A stretch of DNA of 61,750 nt, the filler included, from Choristocarpus tenellus KU-1152 (lineage: Eukaryota; Protista; Phaeophyceae), in NCBI GenBank assembly GCA_964200185.2. It is 6 parts of 6 records of this genome, joined end to end, with 100 filler letters (N's around TTAATTAATTAA, not from the genome) between each part and the next. Parts side by side here need not be neighbours in the genome. Positions count along the whole stretch, not along the records: positions 13,552 to 27,070 come from CAXNAD020001465.1; positions 27,171 to 48,984 come from CAXNAD020000321.1; 4 more parts are not named here. One strand, 5' to 3'. Below, in pieces: positions 26,552-39,656 of the stretch (its first letter is position 1; every line of letters begins with the position of its first letter). The translations under genes were made by a program, and so were the position numbers. Below the pieces are notes generated by a model, which had not been told where the DNA came from, made no database searches, and saw only the letters and a list, made by a program, of their open reading frames with translations.

Positions 26552-27516
26552 TTCATAGAAACAAGAGTGAATCTGCAGAAGAGTACAAAAAAAAAAATAG
26601 TTTAAAGTTCAAAGCAGTCAAACCTCTCATCTACTTCAGCTCTCCACTTGGACCAACCCTAGACTTAATTGGGTTCACTGTCCTGACTACACCTTTTTCA
26701 AACTCCAGCAGCCCAGGGTCTAGCATTATCTAGGCACCAGCAACTGGGAGACAGCATTGACCTGGCCTGTCGCAAACCATGGCACCAGATTCTAACTTTC
26801 TCAAACTATCCAGCCCAAAGTAGACCCATGCAACCTGCCACCTATCACAATCTACATTAACCCCAAAATGGCGCCAGGTTTATGGTTTACTCTGTGGACA
26901 ACATCACATTGGACCACTCCCCCATAAATGTAAAGAACAAAAATGGAAACAGTGACTCTACTCCCACTCCCGGCCTTCCATGGATTATGCCCCCCCCCCC
27001 CCAAAGAAGGAAACATCTCCCAACCCTATGTATGTAGCACTAGCCTGTGAGCCAAAGTATGTTTGAGGGTNNNNNNNNNNNNNNNNNNNNNNNNNNNNNN
27101 NNNNNNNNNNNNNNTTAATTAATTAANNNNNNNNNNNNNNNNNNNNNNNNNNNNNNNNNNNNNNNNNNNNCCGCCACCCCCTCCCAGATACATTGAGCCA
27201 GACGTCAAAATATCACTCAAGTCCAACCAATCATCTGTTAACCACAGCCTTATGCACAGTGCGCTGACAGAGCAATACATTTTTTCTGCTCTCAACTCAA
27301 ATTGTTGATCAATCTCACTTGAACTTCGAGTTGATCATCCCTCCTAGTACAATCCCTCCTAGTACAGTTGTGGCAATCAAAATACTGAGGATGTCGCCTT
27401 GACTATCCTCTTCTACACAAGTTGTGGACCTCCATGACCACTGTGGCCTGGCAATTCATCATCCCACCTACCATGGCCTGGGCAATTTATTCAACTTTTT
27501 CACACTATGTTCATAC

Positions 27517-30500
27517 CTTGGACAGTATATCCCCCTTAGTCTCGCTTCCAGCATTGGTGTGCAAGCACAGGACAAGAGCATTGAGAAAAATAACACCATA
27601 AATCGTCTTGGCAAATGGCCCCATCTCCTCTAGAACAACCCGCCGGGCACGATTGAAGGCAGGATTGTGTGGGAAGGGGGTCAGGCGCGGCAGTTTAGGT
27701 TCCTCTATAGCCTGCTCCTTGATGTGTCCTCGACGGAGAGCCTCGATGTGGTGAAATACCTGCCCCAGTGCCAGCCCCACAAAGGTTCCGCAGAGGAATC
27801 AATGTCCATCAGTAGCGTTTCTGACTTTGAAGATAGTATCTCCATCAGACTGCTGATAGTAGTAGAAGCTGCAGCTTTCAAAATGGAGGGTTCAGAAAAA
27901 GAATTGTGCCTACAATTGTCATATCCCTATTGCTTGTACTAGACCACCTCAATAAGAAATGAAAGCTTCAAAGACAAATAAAACAATTGCATGTGATCTT
28001 CAAGTATAAGTGTCAGTTGTTGCATCATCACAAGCTTGAGTCTATGCCAACTCCCCATTTCGACTTGTAAGTGTCATGCAATAGCTTGGTTACATTCCAC
28101 AAGTATTAGCTGAAAGGTTTTGAAAGAGAGGGTTTGAAATTGATGAATGAATGGACTGTAGTAATATGATACATACACGTGGATTTCGGAGTTGTCCTAG
28201 GCTCTGTCTTGTCACGGCAGATCATGCACACAACAGCTGCCAGAGTCAACACAAAATAATCCCATATTTGTCCTCTCCGCAGCAAGTGCAGAGCAACACA
28301 GTGACGAACAAATGCTTCAATCCATTCTTGGGAATTTTCATGCAATCAGTAACCTTAAAACTCTTCATCTAGTCCCCAAGTATTGTCTTCATCAGTCAAA
28401 GATACCAGCCGTTTCAAGAAAATATACATTGGTGACACAGCCTCAGCTTTGTCAAAACAACCATCGTATGAAACATGCCTATTCCAGCACATTGAGTTGA
28501 GTGTAGACCCACCTTGATCTCTTCAGCCTCAATCTTTGAGTAGTCATTCAGGATGAGCTCAAATTCACTAATGTGCTTACTCATGCTCACACTCGGCTCC
28601 CCTTTCACTTCCCGTTCTCCATTTACTACTGCCCTGTTCTTCATCCTAGTCTCTTGTCTTTCCCTCTCCAGCTGTTTCTCAATTGCTACCTGAAGCTTGG
28701 TGGAAACCACTGCAGGAAACATCTGATAGGTCACGAGGTATGTTGTGAAAGAGTGTGTTCTTCAGTGGTCACCTGTGGAGTAAGGGAGCTTGGAGCCCAA
28801 CACGCCTAATTGCCTCATTGCGACTTTTTGAAAACTCTATGGTATTATTTCTGCCCTTCATACTATATCACCCTACCCCTCAATCTTAGGGATGGGGTAA
28901 GAGTCACCAAAGAAAGGTTTTTTCAAAGCATGAGTCATGAGTTGTGCATGGTTTAGGGTTAGGGTTAGGGTTAGGGTTAGGGTTAGGGTCCTGAGAAGAG
29001 CATGAAAAGGTGCAGCTTTCTCAGCTCTTGGAATGCTCACCGCAACAAGAAACACGTAACCCACTACCATCAGGACAAGGAAGTACAGACTTGTGGTACT
29101 CCCAGCAGCATCTTGTGTGTGCCACATGACGACTTGCCAGCCTTCAAGAGACACAACTTGAAACGCCTGTGGAACAATTTCAACACAGACACATTGATTC
29201 TGGCTTAATCTATTATGAGATATCTGATGCGAGATGCTTTGTACTTCATTCTTCTTCTTCTCAAGATCACAAATATTTCAAACAAAAATCTGTTGAGTGT
29301 GGCATTCTAATTTTGGAATTATTCTGCACAATGTCAAGATTCATGGTGAAAGAGGATATATATGGGGAAATGTAGCCTCTCAGACCAATGTGGTGTGTAG
29401 GTCATTCTATTGGCAATAGTGTTGATTATGTTATTCAACAGTGGAAGAGACTATCTCAGCTTAAAATCTAAAACAAACCTGTAGCATGGAGTGGTAGAAG
29501 TCATAGAATCCAGTGACACCAGCATTAAGGGCTATGGGATCTGAGGTAGAGTTTGCACCGACGAGATATCCTCTGTCCAAGCACTCATATCCATCAGGAC
29601 ATGAATAGCCGGCCCCACAGACAAGTCCCTCGTCTAGCATAGTCAGGGCCACTGTGTCAAGGCAGGTGTACCGTAAGCTCCCTGACCAGAAGGTAAATCT
29701 GTAATATTCAAATGGGTATTTGAGGGTTAGGAGCGAAGATGCAAAATATCATCCAATGTTTTGGGATTTAATTTTGTATGTCTCTCAAGATCCTGTGTGA
29801 TGCTTGAGCTATATCCAGTGCGCATCTCAGTGCAAATCTTGCTCTCAGTATGCTCATCAAGCATACACTCTACATAGAGATGTATAACCTGCCTTCTTCT
29901 GTTTGATCATGATGTGAGATAGTGCTGATACACTGGAGTTCATTGTGAATAGTAGCACCTAGAGCATAATATTTTTCGTCAAGAGAATAGAGAACTTTAG
30001 CACACTACTACAATACCTCAATGAACTCTTCTAAATGTTTCTATACATTTTCCTGGATATACATTGCACCTGTAGAAGCAGAAAAAGGGACGGCGTTCCA
30101 ACAATGTATGCATGCAATAGTCAGGAGGAAAATGAGAAGTTGAAAAACTTGTTGTAGTAGGCAGCACAAGGTAACCAAAAATATAACATGCCCGAGTTCT
30201 GTGTAATAGATCACATAGGAGTACAACACAAAAACAGAGACATGAGAAGTAAGCACGGCACTATTGCCCCTAACTACCAGCTGAGAAACACATCATACTC
30301 ATACTAATGAAACTTTGCTTGGATAGTGAATGTTTCATAGTTGGTATTCAATTGTCAGCAATAGACTTCAACTTTCACAGAAACCTCTACATTATCTTGT
30401 GCAGACTGACCCTTTCTGGATTGATGAAATCCTTTGGGTGAAAGCCATGAGATAGATTTTTCTCCACATACTCCTCTCTGCATTTTATAAACCAGCTCTA

Positions 30501-31550
30501 TTTCGATATGCGATGAGCGAGTGAGACAATGTTATGGTGGTATAGGCAGAAAGTGTCATACTCACCCCACATTACCGAAGAACAGCAGGGCGAAGATAAT
30601 GCATAGCAGCAGAGTGTTGACGACCACCAAAGCGCTGATCACTGTCTCGAACAGGAGCTTCACCTGGGGGATGTATGTCACCGCCCGTAACGGTCGCAAA
30701 ACGCGAAGTGCCCTAAGGGCAGAAATGTCGATTCCATTATTGTTGTTTGCTGCCTTAAGGATCAAGCTCACCACGCTTTCGATCACCACCACAGCATCGA
30801 CCCTACAAGACCCAGGGAATTAGAGGATAATGTGGGACAGGGTACCAACGACATAAGAAGGATTAGTGTCTGGGTACCGTAGGTAGGTGTAAGACAACGA
30901 CTTCCTCGATACTCAGCAAGATGACGATGTTCCGGTGAGGAAGAGTCACGAGCTACCCTGGTTGCAACAATTGCTGAGAGAGAAGCTGCCTAAAACTTGC
31001 CCAATGACTAGTGCACTATCTATTCATGGAATGGGTTGAGACAATTCATTATCATCACTGTCTCTCTCCAACACCTCACGATCCTCCACATTGTTTGGGG
31101 ACCATCCCGAGCCCAGCTACTGTTGCTGGACTACTCATGTTCCCATTGATCCAAAAAGCTATTCAAATCCGCATGCATTTCATAAAAAATACCTCATTGT
31201 GTACGGTAAAACGGATCACACTACCCGATTCACAAAGTGTAATAACTCTTCGCTGTCCTGCTACCAATCCTAACATCACTGCAAAGATTGGTCATGGCTC
31301 ACCAATTCCACTTGTCTCTGAAGTAGGTTGACACACTAAGGGCGTTCCACTTCAAAATCAACTCGATAATGAAGACCGCGCTGAAGATGTAGTCGCCAAC
31401 AACGATATAGTCGGCTTGCTCCTCAGACATTGTCGGGTCATACAAGGCCAGGAACAAGCAATTGACGAGGATCGTCGCCACGATCACACGGTCGAACCAT
31501 GGGTTAAAGACTAGACTGTAGGTAGCCTCATCAACTCGCGTGCCGAACAT
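27517..31550 (-). CDS. Voltage-gated Ca2+/Na+-type (multi-domain Ion_trans) channel, domain I and start of domain II; continuation lost at the 27071 linker
   Basis: Exons 31550-31303 (S1-S2, YFRDKWNW), 30802-30566 (S3, S4 ALRALRVLRPLR, S5), 29698-29479 (Cys-rich turret, TGFYDFYHSMLQ), 29166-29041 (pore loop VVSLEGW, S6), 28722-28513 (I-II linker), 27759-27517 (domain II S1 VIFLNALVLCL). All phases are consistent. Confidence 0.9.
28953..28988. repeat. Perfect interstitial telomeric tract (TTAGGG)6 in a channel intron
   Basis: Six perfect units about 50 nt downstream of the donor at 29040 (minus). Confidence 0.95.
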
Positions 31551-32268
31551 TCTTCACTATTCTCAAGGGGAGTGGCGGCCACACCCTTCCCTGTATTTTT
31601 CCAAACCTCCTACATGAAAACACCTCTACAAGAAGATAAATCTTCGCCAAGTGTCTAATCACTATCGCCTATCATTGTTGTTGTTGTTGTCGGTTTCATT
31701 TTATTTTTTATCAGTTGTTGGAATTACATGTATTGTATTTATGGAGAAGCGAAAGAGAGTCGATATCTGTCAACTCTGACCTCTTCACAGTACTAATATC
31801 TGACCTACTCCCCTCTAGGTGTAGGATTCAATAAAACATGTTGCTATAATGTTTATTTAAACATTTCGAACACATTACGCAACTCCACACAACTCCAACG
31901 AAGGTTAACAGTGTATATAAGGAGACAGAAGGGAGTATTTGATCACTCAAGCAAGGGAGCGAAAGGGCGAACGGTCTCATTGCCCTTGCATCAAGACCAT
32001 CAACACGCCGGATCCAACATCGCACAAGTCTTCGACTTGCCAGTTGCCCCAATACTCCCCTGTAATTCTCAACTGTTGAGGTATTTTCGCTTCACTTCTC
32101 CCTGCCTCACCTTCTCTTGAGAGCCTTTGTTGTCGATACCAAACTTATGATAATCACACGCATCTCGAAAATGAAATCACATGCAATAAAAATCGATCGA
32201 TCTTTGGTTACCTCCAATTCGGCTCTGTCCTCAATTCAACCAGGCCTTGCCGTCACAAACAGGAAATA

Positions 32269-35189
32269 ATGGAATTCTTCAGGAAAAACCCTCAAGGACC
32301 AGGTACCAAGGTCAAGTCAAGTTCTCTGAACAATGCAGCATCGGCACCCAGCCCATTTTTCACCGAACGCCCTTCATTGTCAAAAATCCGCGGTAACCCC
32401 GCAAGCAGGACAAACCCAACAGGTCCCGGTACCCCCACAGTCTCCTCCGAAACCGGAATTGTGACCGCAGAACAGAGCACGGCAAAGGCTCCCCCAGGGG
32501 CGTCTATCCGGCCTCGTCAAGGGCATTCGTCGTTCCCCCTTCACACTAAGCCCGCCTCTGCCTTATCTCTATCTCGCCCAAAGCCAGGAGTCACATCCCT
32601 GGGTGCACCTATAGTGTCAATCCAGTCAGGAATTCTACGGCCATCGCTCATGGTCTCAAACGCCACTACGAGCACCTCCCCGCTCACTTCCACCACCTCT
32701 GTCACCACTGCTTCGGATCACTCTTTGGCTTCCCAACTTCCCCCCAGTCCCTCACAGCCGACAACGTCTTTCCCCAAGGGCACTATGGGTCACTCTCCAA
32801 CCACTAAAAGAAGCAATGGTGACTCAGGATCAGTCAACAACGAGGATACTTCGCAATCATCTATTTCCAGGTTTAAGGGTGACTTTTTCGGTGCTACTAC
32901 CGCTAAGTCTGGAGGGATTGGGCATGAGTCAAGAGATCGTATAGGGGAGGAGGGCGTACCTGAAGATAGTGAGGGCGGAGAACATGGGAGTGGAATGACC
33001 TGGTGTAATTTCCTACAGGCAGCAGGAGGGGAGAGAAGGAGGAGTCTATCCTCCCTAATGCCTGCTTCTAGGGAAAATGTTGCACTTTCGACAAAGTCCA
33101 GGTGTGTTGAACACTACTGAAGTATTCGGACAAAAAATGCATTTTCCAATTATTCTGTATGATATATCAGTGGTTAGTCAGACTCAAAGATGCATTATCT
33201 ACGGAATGTGTCACATCTGTGTGTGTAGTTCATATAGCACAGGCAAGAGAGGGTGAGCACTGGAATGTATAAATACCTTCTCAAACACTTCCCATGATTC
33301 TCCCCGAAGAGCTGTGAGTACTGTTGGGCTCTTACTAGTATCCTACTGTACGCTGCTCACCTAGGTGCTATTTTTCATAATACGGTGCCCTGTAAGGATA
33401 GTAGCGACTACTGTAGCCCTCCATGTGTCTTTGCTTGATACACCGATAGAATGCTCGCAGCCAGCGCCTGGTCACTTTGTTTGCCTTGAAACAATATTGT
33501 ATGTAACCTATTTCACAACACCAACTCGACTAAAACACCAGGAGCAGGCAGAACCTACACAAATCCTACAAAAAAGAGCATGCACTAAAAACAAACGAAA
33601 ATTGGTGGAAATTTGCTTGACATTTTTCCACTCATGCAACAGAGAAACATCTGAGTGCCCAAGATAGAGCATGCCTTCCTCCCAGCCCATTTCAAATCAT
33701 CTAAACAACTCCCTCCTCTCTCCAACGGATGATAGAGAAGGAATCAACCAGGAGGGGCAAAGGCAATCTGGGCTAGAATATGGGGGGCATGATGGTTTCG
33801 GTAACTCCAAAGATTCGAATGCGACCAATCAAAAGGGCCATGGCATCCACCGCGTGAGAAATGTAAGTCTGAGACATAGGTAGATCTCGATTCTCAGCCT
33901 TGCTAGATCTCAGGTAAAAGAGAGCACCTTGGCTAGAGGGTTGATCTTCAGTTTTAGATGAGTAGGGTAAATAAGCAACCGACTGAACTCCCCTGACGTA
34001 GTACTTCAGAGTATATTGTATCCTAATCGGTTGTTTCAAGTAATACTTATTGCTAATAGAAAGCATTTCCTCGGCAGTAGAAGGAGGCAATAATTTATAC
34101 CTCTTGCACACATTTGTAGGCATTGAATTTCGATATAATGCTGAGTTTCGGCATGAGTGAGTAGGAAGCAGGAAATCACATTAATTTGTCTTCGTGGCCC
34201 ACCAGGGCATTATTGCATTTGTACAGGGCATTAAAATGCTTAACAAATATTCTGTATAGTACATTTTTTTCAATACATTCCCTATTCATTTAGTAGTACA
34301 ACATTTTATGTCTGATCCTAGTCGAAACGTCACTCAAGATATTTTGACCATGACTGAATTCCAATCTCTAGCCTTTTCATTATGATTTTGTGTGATACTG
34401 AGATAGATGGAAGCAGAAAGTGAAATGAAAGATGAACACGGGAAATGGAAGGATATCAGACATCGACATGGGCAGGTGCAAGACCCAAATGAAGGCACAC
34501 ACCAGAGCAGGTACCCAACTTGTGCTCGAGATGCCAACCCTTGCCCAGACAAGACAAGAAACACAGATACGGTTCAGTACCACCAAGAAAATAGTCCGTG
34601 CCACCTGGGTGGGGAAGGAAGCACTATTGTACCTCGTGGTGGGCACACAGGCAATTCACTCTTACGACATCCATCTCAGCGTCAACCCCATCAGAGCGTA
34701 TCCCCCTTGCCTGCGGCATCGGATCAAGCTACTTCACATGTTGTGGAACATCTACCTGGGATACGCCTAGGAAAAAAAGGAATTGTCAAGCATAGGGGCA
34801 ATGGTACGGGTAGGACTTGCAGGATAGGCAGTGCGGATATCAAGGGCAAGGGCAAAGTCAGCGATGAAAGTGAGGACGGAGAAGAATGCAACAGGGAGGA
34901 GATGGTGCAAGATATGGCTGTACCAGGTTTCCCTAAGGAGGAGGGTGGATGGAGTGAAAGAAACCAGGTTTCACATGACTTCAACAGCAACAGTGGTGTT
35001 GATCGAGGGCATGGCACTAGAGGGGTCGACGGCTCAAGATCAAGATCTGTCGTGGAAGTGGTACCAGTATTGACCCCAAGGGGAACTTCAAGGCAAGAGC
35101 AGAGAGATTCCAGGGAGAAACCGAAAAATGGGGGTTATTCACAGGGAAAGAGGGACCACTCACACAAATCCCCAATAAATCCCAGATAA
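32269..35189 (+). CDS. Hypothetical S/T/P-rich then G/E/R-rich low-complexity protein, head-to-head with the channel gene
   Basis: ATG 32269 opens an ~830-nt open frame ending near a donor (CCAG|GTGTGT, ~33101). Further open hydrophilic frames at ~33730-33880 and 34407-35189. No recognisable domain; exon joins are uncertain. Confidence 0.55.
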
Positions 35190-36834
35190 TCCTTACACTG
35201 GTCCCAACAGATATCTGTTAATTTTTTCTGAATTTGTTAGAGAACTTCTCAAACATTCAGAGCATCTTGTGTCCAGTGCTTCAAAACCTCAGAAAAACGT
35301 ATATTCATAATGTTGTGTAGGACGGAGGGAAAGTATGGCAGGACACCTGTTTTAAGCAGTGGGGAATGGCTCTTTTGAGTTGTCCAGGCATTTTTGGGAT
35401 ATTTCATTATCTTCTTCGTCTTCTATGCCACGTTCTCATTTAAATCTTGCTAGGCTTGCATCATCCAAAACCAGTTTTTCAGGAGGGTCAGTGTGACACA
35501 TCATTCTATTGGAATATTTATCTCCAAAAACCCCTTTGCCAGATCCACCATTCAGGAGGAGATCCCCAGTCACGGGACAGCAGGCTCGTTTCAAAGAAAA
35601 GGCCCTGGGAACCACGTTAGAGGCGAAAATGAAGCCAAAATGGTCAGTGGTAAACACTACATTTTCTCCTCTACTGCCTCATCGGATATTGATCAAAATG
35701 ACAAGTTGGTGTCTTGACCTGATCAATAGAATTCATCGGGCTTGATGCAAGAGCTCTTCCTTAACCTGCTACAGCACAATGACACAGTATCACCTCTGAT
35801 TCAAGTCTTCTCATGCTGCCAATATTTGACAGGAACTTTTGTTCAGATTAGAAATTCTCTTCGCATTACAAAATTTTATCTGATGTTTGGCGATGTATGT
35901 TTGGGATAACTACTCAATATGACCTTAATTTATCTGCTTATCGAGGCTTTCCTCCTTCTTTATCACAGCACAGCGATAAACTGCCACCATCTGGCCCTTG
36001 GTTGTAGTTTTTAGTAGGTCCTAGTATTTGTTTTCCAACATTTCAGAAGCACCACAATCCGCAGCTTCAACTAGCTGCCAGTTAATAGGCTCAGAACTCA
36101 TGGCATTTGGTTCTGTCAATCAACTAGACCAACCAAACAACCTCAATTGGCCCATATCACAGAGTACGGAAAATATTTTTAACTTCGGTACAGATATTGT
36201 TGCCGCCATATGTTTTACTGAAGATGTTGCAGCCTTGGCAACCTTGAGGTAGCCCAAACCGCCAGAGTTTTTCCTTCCCATGAATGAACTTCAACCTAGC
36301 AACTAATACCATTCGTAAGTCCTTACTCTCTCTGTCTTCCACTTTGTCCATTCATCAGGTGCAACGCAAGCATTGGTTGCAGCAAAAGGATAGCATCAGA
36401 AAATCCTTCCAAGAAGCCTGTGCAGGATATATCAGTGAGATCAGGTAAGATAGTTTTATGCTGTCACCACCAACAATACTAAATACAAAAGCATTATTCA
36501 ACTTGCAATCCGTACGGTAATATAGAAATATTTGTAAAAAACAGGGTGTCAAATAATCCAAATCAAAGATAGATATCTTGTTAATCAGCCCCCTACGAGC
36601 ACTTATCACCTTTCAGAATGCACATAATCTATTGGACTCCTTGTACAGGACAATATTCAATGGAAGCAGTGTAGGATCAAATCGATTTTTGAAGTCAACA
36701 ACTTGGTTAAGTTGATCGGCAGCCAGGTTATCCCTGCTTGATAGGAATGTTGTTTTCAATCACGACAACTTGTAGGACTTGATACAAGATATATAAACTC
36801 AATGTTCCCAAATGTAGTCCGCACAACCATAGGT

Positions 36835-37090
36835 GAGTGAAAGTATCTTAGAGGGTACGAGATTTGCCCTGTTTGTCAGTTTGGGGTTTGGCTACTCGTA
36901 AATTTTTTTCACATTTTCCCACTCCAAATTTTTTCGGAGTAGGTAAAATATATGCGTTACGAAAAGGTGTGACTGGAACAAGGATATTGACACTTCCTAA
37001 CAAATACGATGACCAAAATTACATAAAATCACAACATTGAATTTTGGCTCTCAAATGGACGCGTCTCTACCCTCTAAGATACTTTGGCTC
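36835..37090 (-). mobile_element. Family-A MITE
   Basis: GAGTGAAAGTATCTTAGAGGGTACGAG ... TACCCTCTAAGATACTTTGGCTC; same subfamily as 39401-39656. Confidence 0.88.
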
Positions 37091-37112
37091 GTACCCCCCA
37101 AATAATAAATCT

Positions 37113-37180
37113 TCCTCGTAGCTCAATGGTCAGTGGACACTGTACCCTTAAATTAGTTCATGAGTTTGAACCCCGTCCAC
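37113..37180 (+). mobile_element. tRNA-derived SINE head / tRNA pseudogene
   Basis: A-box TAGCTCAATGG (37119-37129) and B-box-like GAGTTTGAACCC (37162-37173) at tRNA spacing; the cloverleaf stems are degenerate. Confidence 0.5.
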
Positions 37181-39400
37181 ATTACACTTCATCATGAAAA
37201 GAAATCTGGTTTTGATTATCCAAAGTCGTCATGAGAAGAAACATGTACGGATTTTTAACTAATGCAATTGTTGTTGCTATACCAAACTAATGCTGGGCGA
37301 ACAGTGGGGTGGCAAGGTTCCATTAAAAAGCGACAGTAAGGGTGCTCGAGCAAAATATTCGAGGGAGGAGACAAAGTTATGAAAGGTAGGATGGTTGAAC
37401 CCAGTCCACGAGATATAAGGCATGAACAGAGGATGCAGTTTATCATAGTACAGCAGTTAGTTTCAGCAGTTTGTATGAGAAACAGTGCAGTGTGCAGTGC
37501 CTTTGACTACCAGTCCAGACTCCAATTTGAATATATAACGAAAAAAGAAGTCGTGTTTTAGTTAATGTAACGGTCAGATGCGCAATCTCTTCAATATTTG
37601 TGGGAAAAATAGTTCTGACAAACACCTGTTTGTTTTTCTAATCTCTTCAAACATCCTCAAGCAACAATGCATGTTCATAGTGGAAAATGCATTTGTTCAG
37701 TCTGTCTCTCTTGTTGTGGCCACGGTGTCTATCGTTATTTGTACCTTTTCATGTAGCACCACTGTGAATAGAATAATTCCTATTGCTCCGTTCATCTCCC
37801 TGTGGAAATTACCCCGTGGTCAGGTGCACTACACACCACACCTCTTAACATTCCAATTAATTTGACTGTTACACTACGAGAAATTGCGCTGTCCCATAAG
37901 TCTCTAACTTCTTACGAGTTGGATTCAGTCACTCCACCACTTGTTGCTCAATTTCCTCACTTGAATTTTATGCCGTACCCCACTTGGGGTAAGTCGACAA
38001 TGAAGCACGGCCACCCAGTTGCACATTTCTCATGTTTTTGTGAAATTGCCACACAGACAGGATAGTTCAAGTTACGAGATGAACCAGATTGTGAAAAAAA
38101 AGGTAGCGAACATTTACGTTTTTCAATGATATGTTGACTTCTAACCAATGAACTACAAGGTATCATCTGTAGAATCTTTTTGGAAATTGTGTTTTCTCAA
38201 TCTTCTATACATTATTCTTTGGTTCCATTATGAATTGCAAGTAACACATACGACGGAATAGAATCAACTCCATGAACTACTGAGTGCCAAAATATATGAT
38301 TTAGTAATTTGCAAGTAGTGCACTATGTTGCAGTGCTTCCTCACAGCATGATGGGAGCAATACACCACATCTCACTCCTCTCATATCTCCTTTGTTGGTA
38401 TCAGCAAGACAATGGAAGGGTATGCACTTGTGCTTAATGGCATGCTAGATGGGGCCTTAGTGGAAGAACTTGACGATGCTATTGGGGAGGTCATCAAGGT
38501 CAACTCTAGATGCATGACCAGGTGCGATTTGTGAAATGAAAGTAGGCAAATTATCCTGCTGTAGCGAATTAAGCTATTTCATAACCCTAGGTCTTTCTTG
38601 GAGAATTTTCGTGTGTCACACAATGATACTCATTGCTGGTTGAAGGGGAGATGAGACCCAATTTCAATACATGTCTGTAAGAATAATGAGTTGGGAGGAA
38701 TTGGTGAGCCATCATTCCACAATCAATTGACTTCCAGAAAAGTATGGTGTGCTTGACCAATTGGAAAACCTAGTTGTGTACTGCAGAACAACTTAAAAAT
38801 GACATCAAGAAGTGAATGTAAACAATTATGCTCTAATGTGCTGCAAATGGAAGAATGAAGTCTCAAGCAGAACTGAAGCGATGTGCAGATATTTTTTTTC
38901 GTATGTCACTGAAGGCAAGGAAACAGACTATGTTGATGCAATGTGAGAATGAGTCAAACTAACTAAGAGGTAGCAAGGGTTGCATATTAAGGATCCCAAG
39001 AATTGGAAAAAGTGTAACATTTTGTACAATTTTATAGTCTTTTCTGAATTGTGTTCATACATTTTGTGTGAAAGGGGGGAATATCAATATTGCGTACATT
39101 ATTGTGCACATAAAGCAATGAAATAGGGTGAATTGCACATGGTAAGAAAGATGACTACTGGTACTTCCAGGATTCCCGTGTATTTGGTGTAGTGCTAGGC
39201 AGGAAAATTAGAGGTGTAAACTTCACCATGCTTACCAAGTGGAGTTTGGATGGTGATTGAAATTGCATTTTTAATAATGAATATGTAGACAACACATGCA
39301 CTACTTTGCGATATCACCCAATGGATTGTTAACAAGAGTGGATAAAATACTGAGGTACGAGGATGCATCTGAGTTATTATCATTTATTACCTATTCTACC

Positions 39401-39656
39401 GAGCCAAAGTATCTTAGAGGGTAGAGCCAGGTCCATTTGAGAGCCAAAATTCAATGTTGCAATTTTATGTAATTTGACCATCGTATTTGTTAGGAAGTGT
39501 CAATATCCTTGTTCCAGTCACACCTTTTCATAACGCATATATTTTACCTACTCCGAAAAAAATTGGAGTGGGAAAATGTGAAAAAAAAATTGCGGGTAGC
39601 CAAACCCCAAACGGACAAACAGGGCAAAACTCGTACCCTCTTAGATACTTTCACTC
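39401..39656 (+). mobile_element. Family-A MITE, TSD TACC
   Basis: GAGCCAAAGTATCTTAGAGGGTAGAG ... CTCGTACCCTCTTAGATACTTTCACTC; TACC at 39397-39400 and 39657-39660. Confidence 0.92.

Noticed and set aside
27338-27367. 15-bp tandem duplication ATCCCTCCTAGTACA
   Set aside because: It is an ordinary slippage duplication in an intron.
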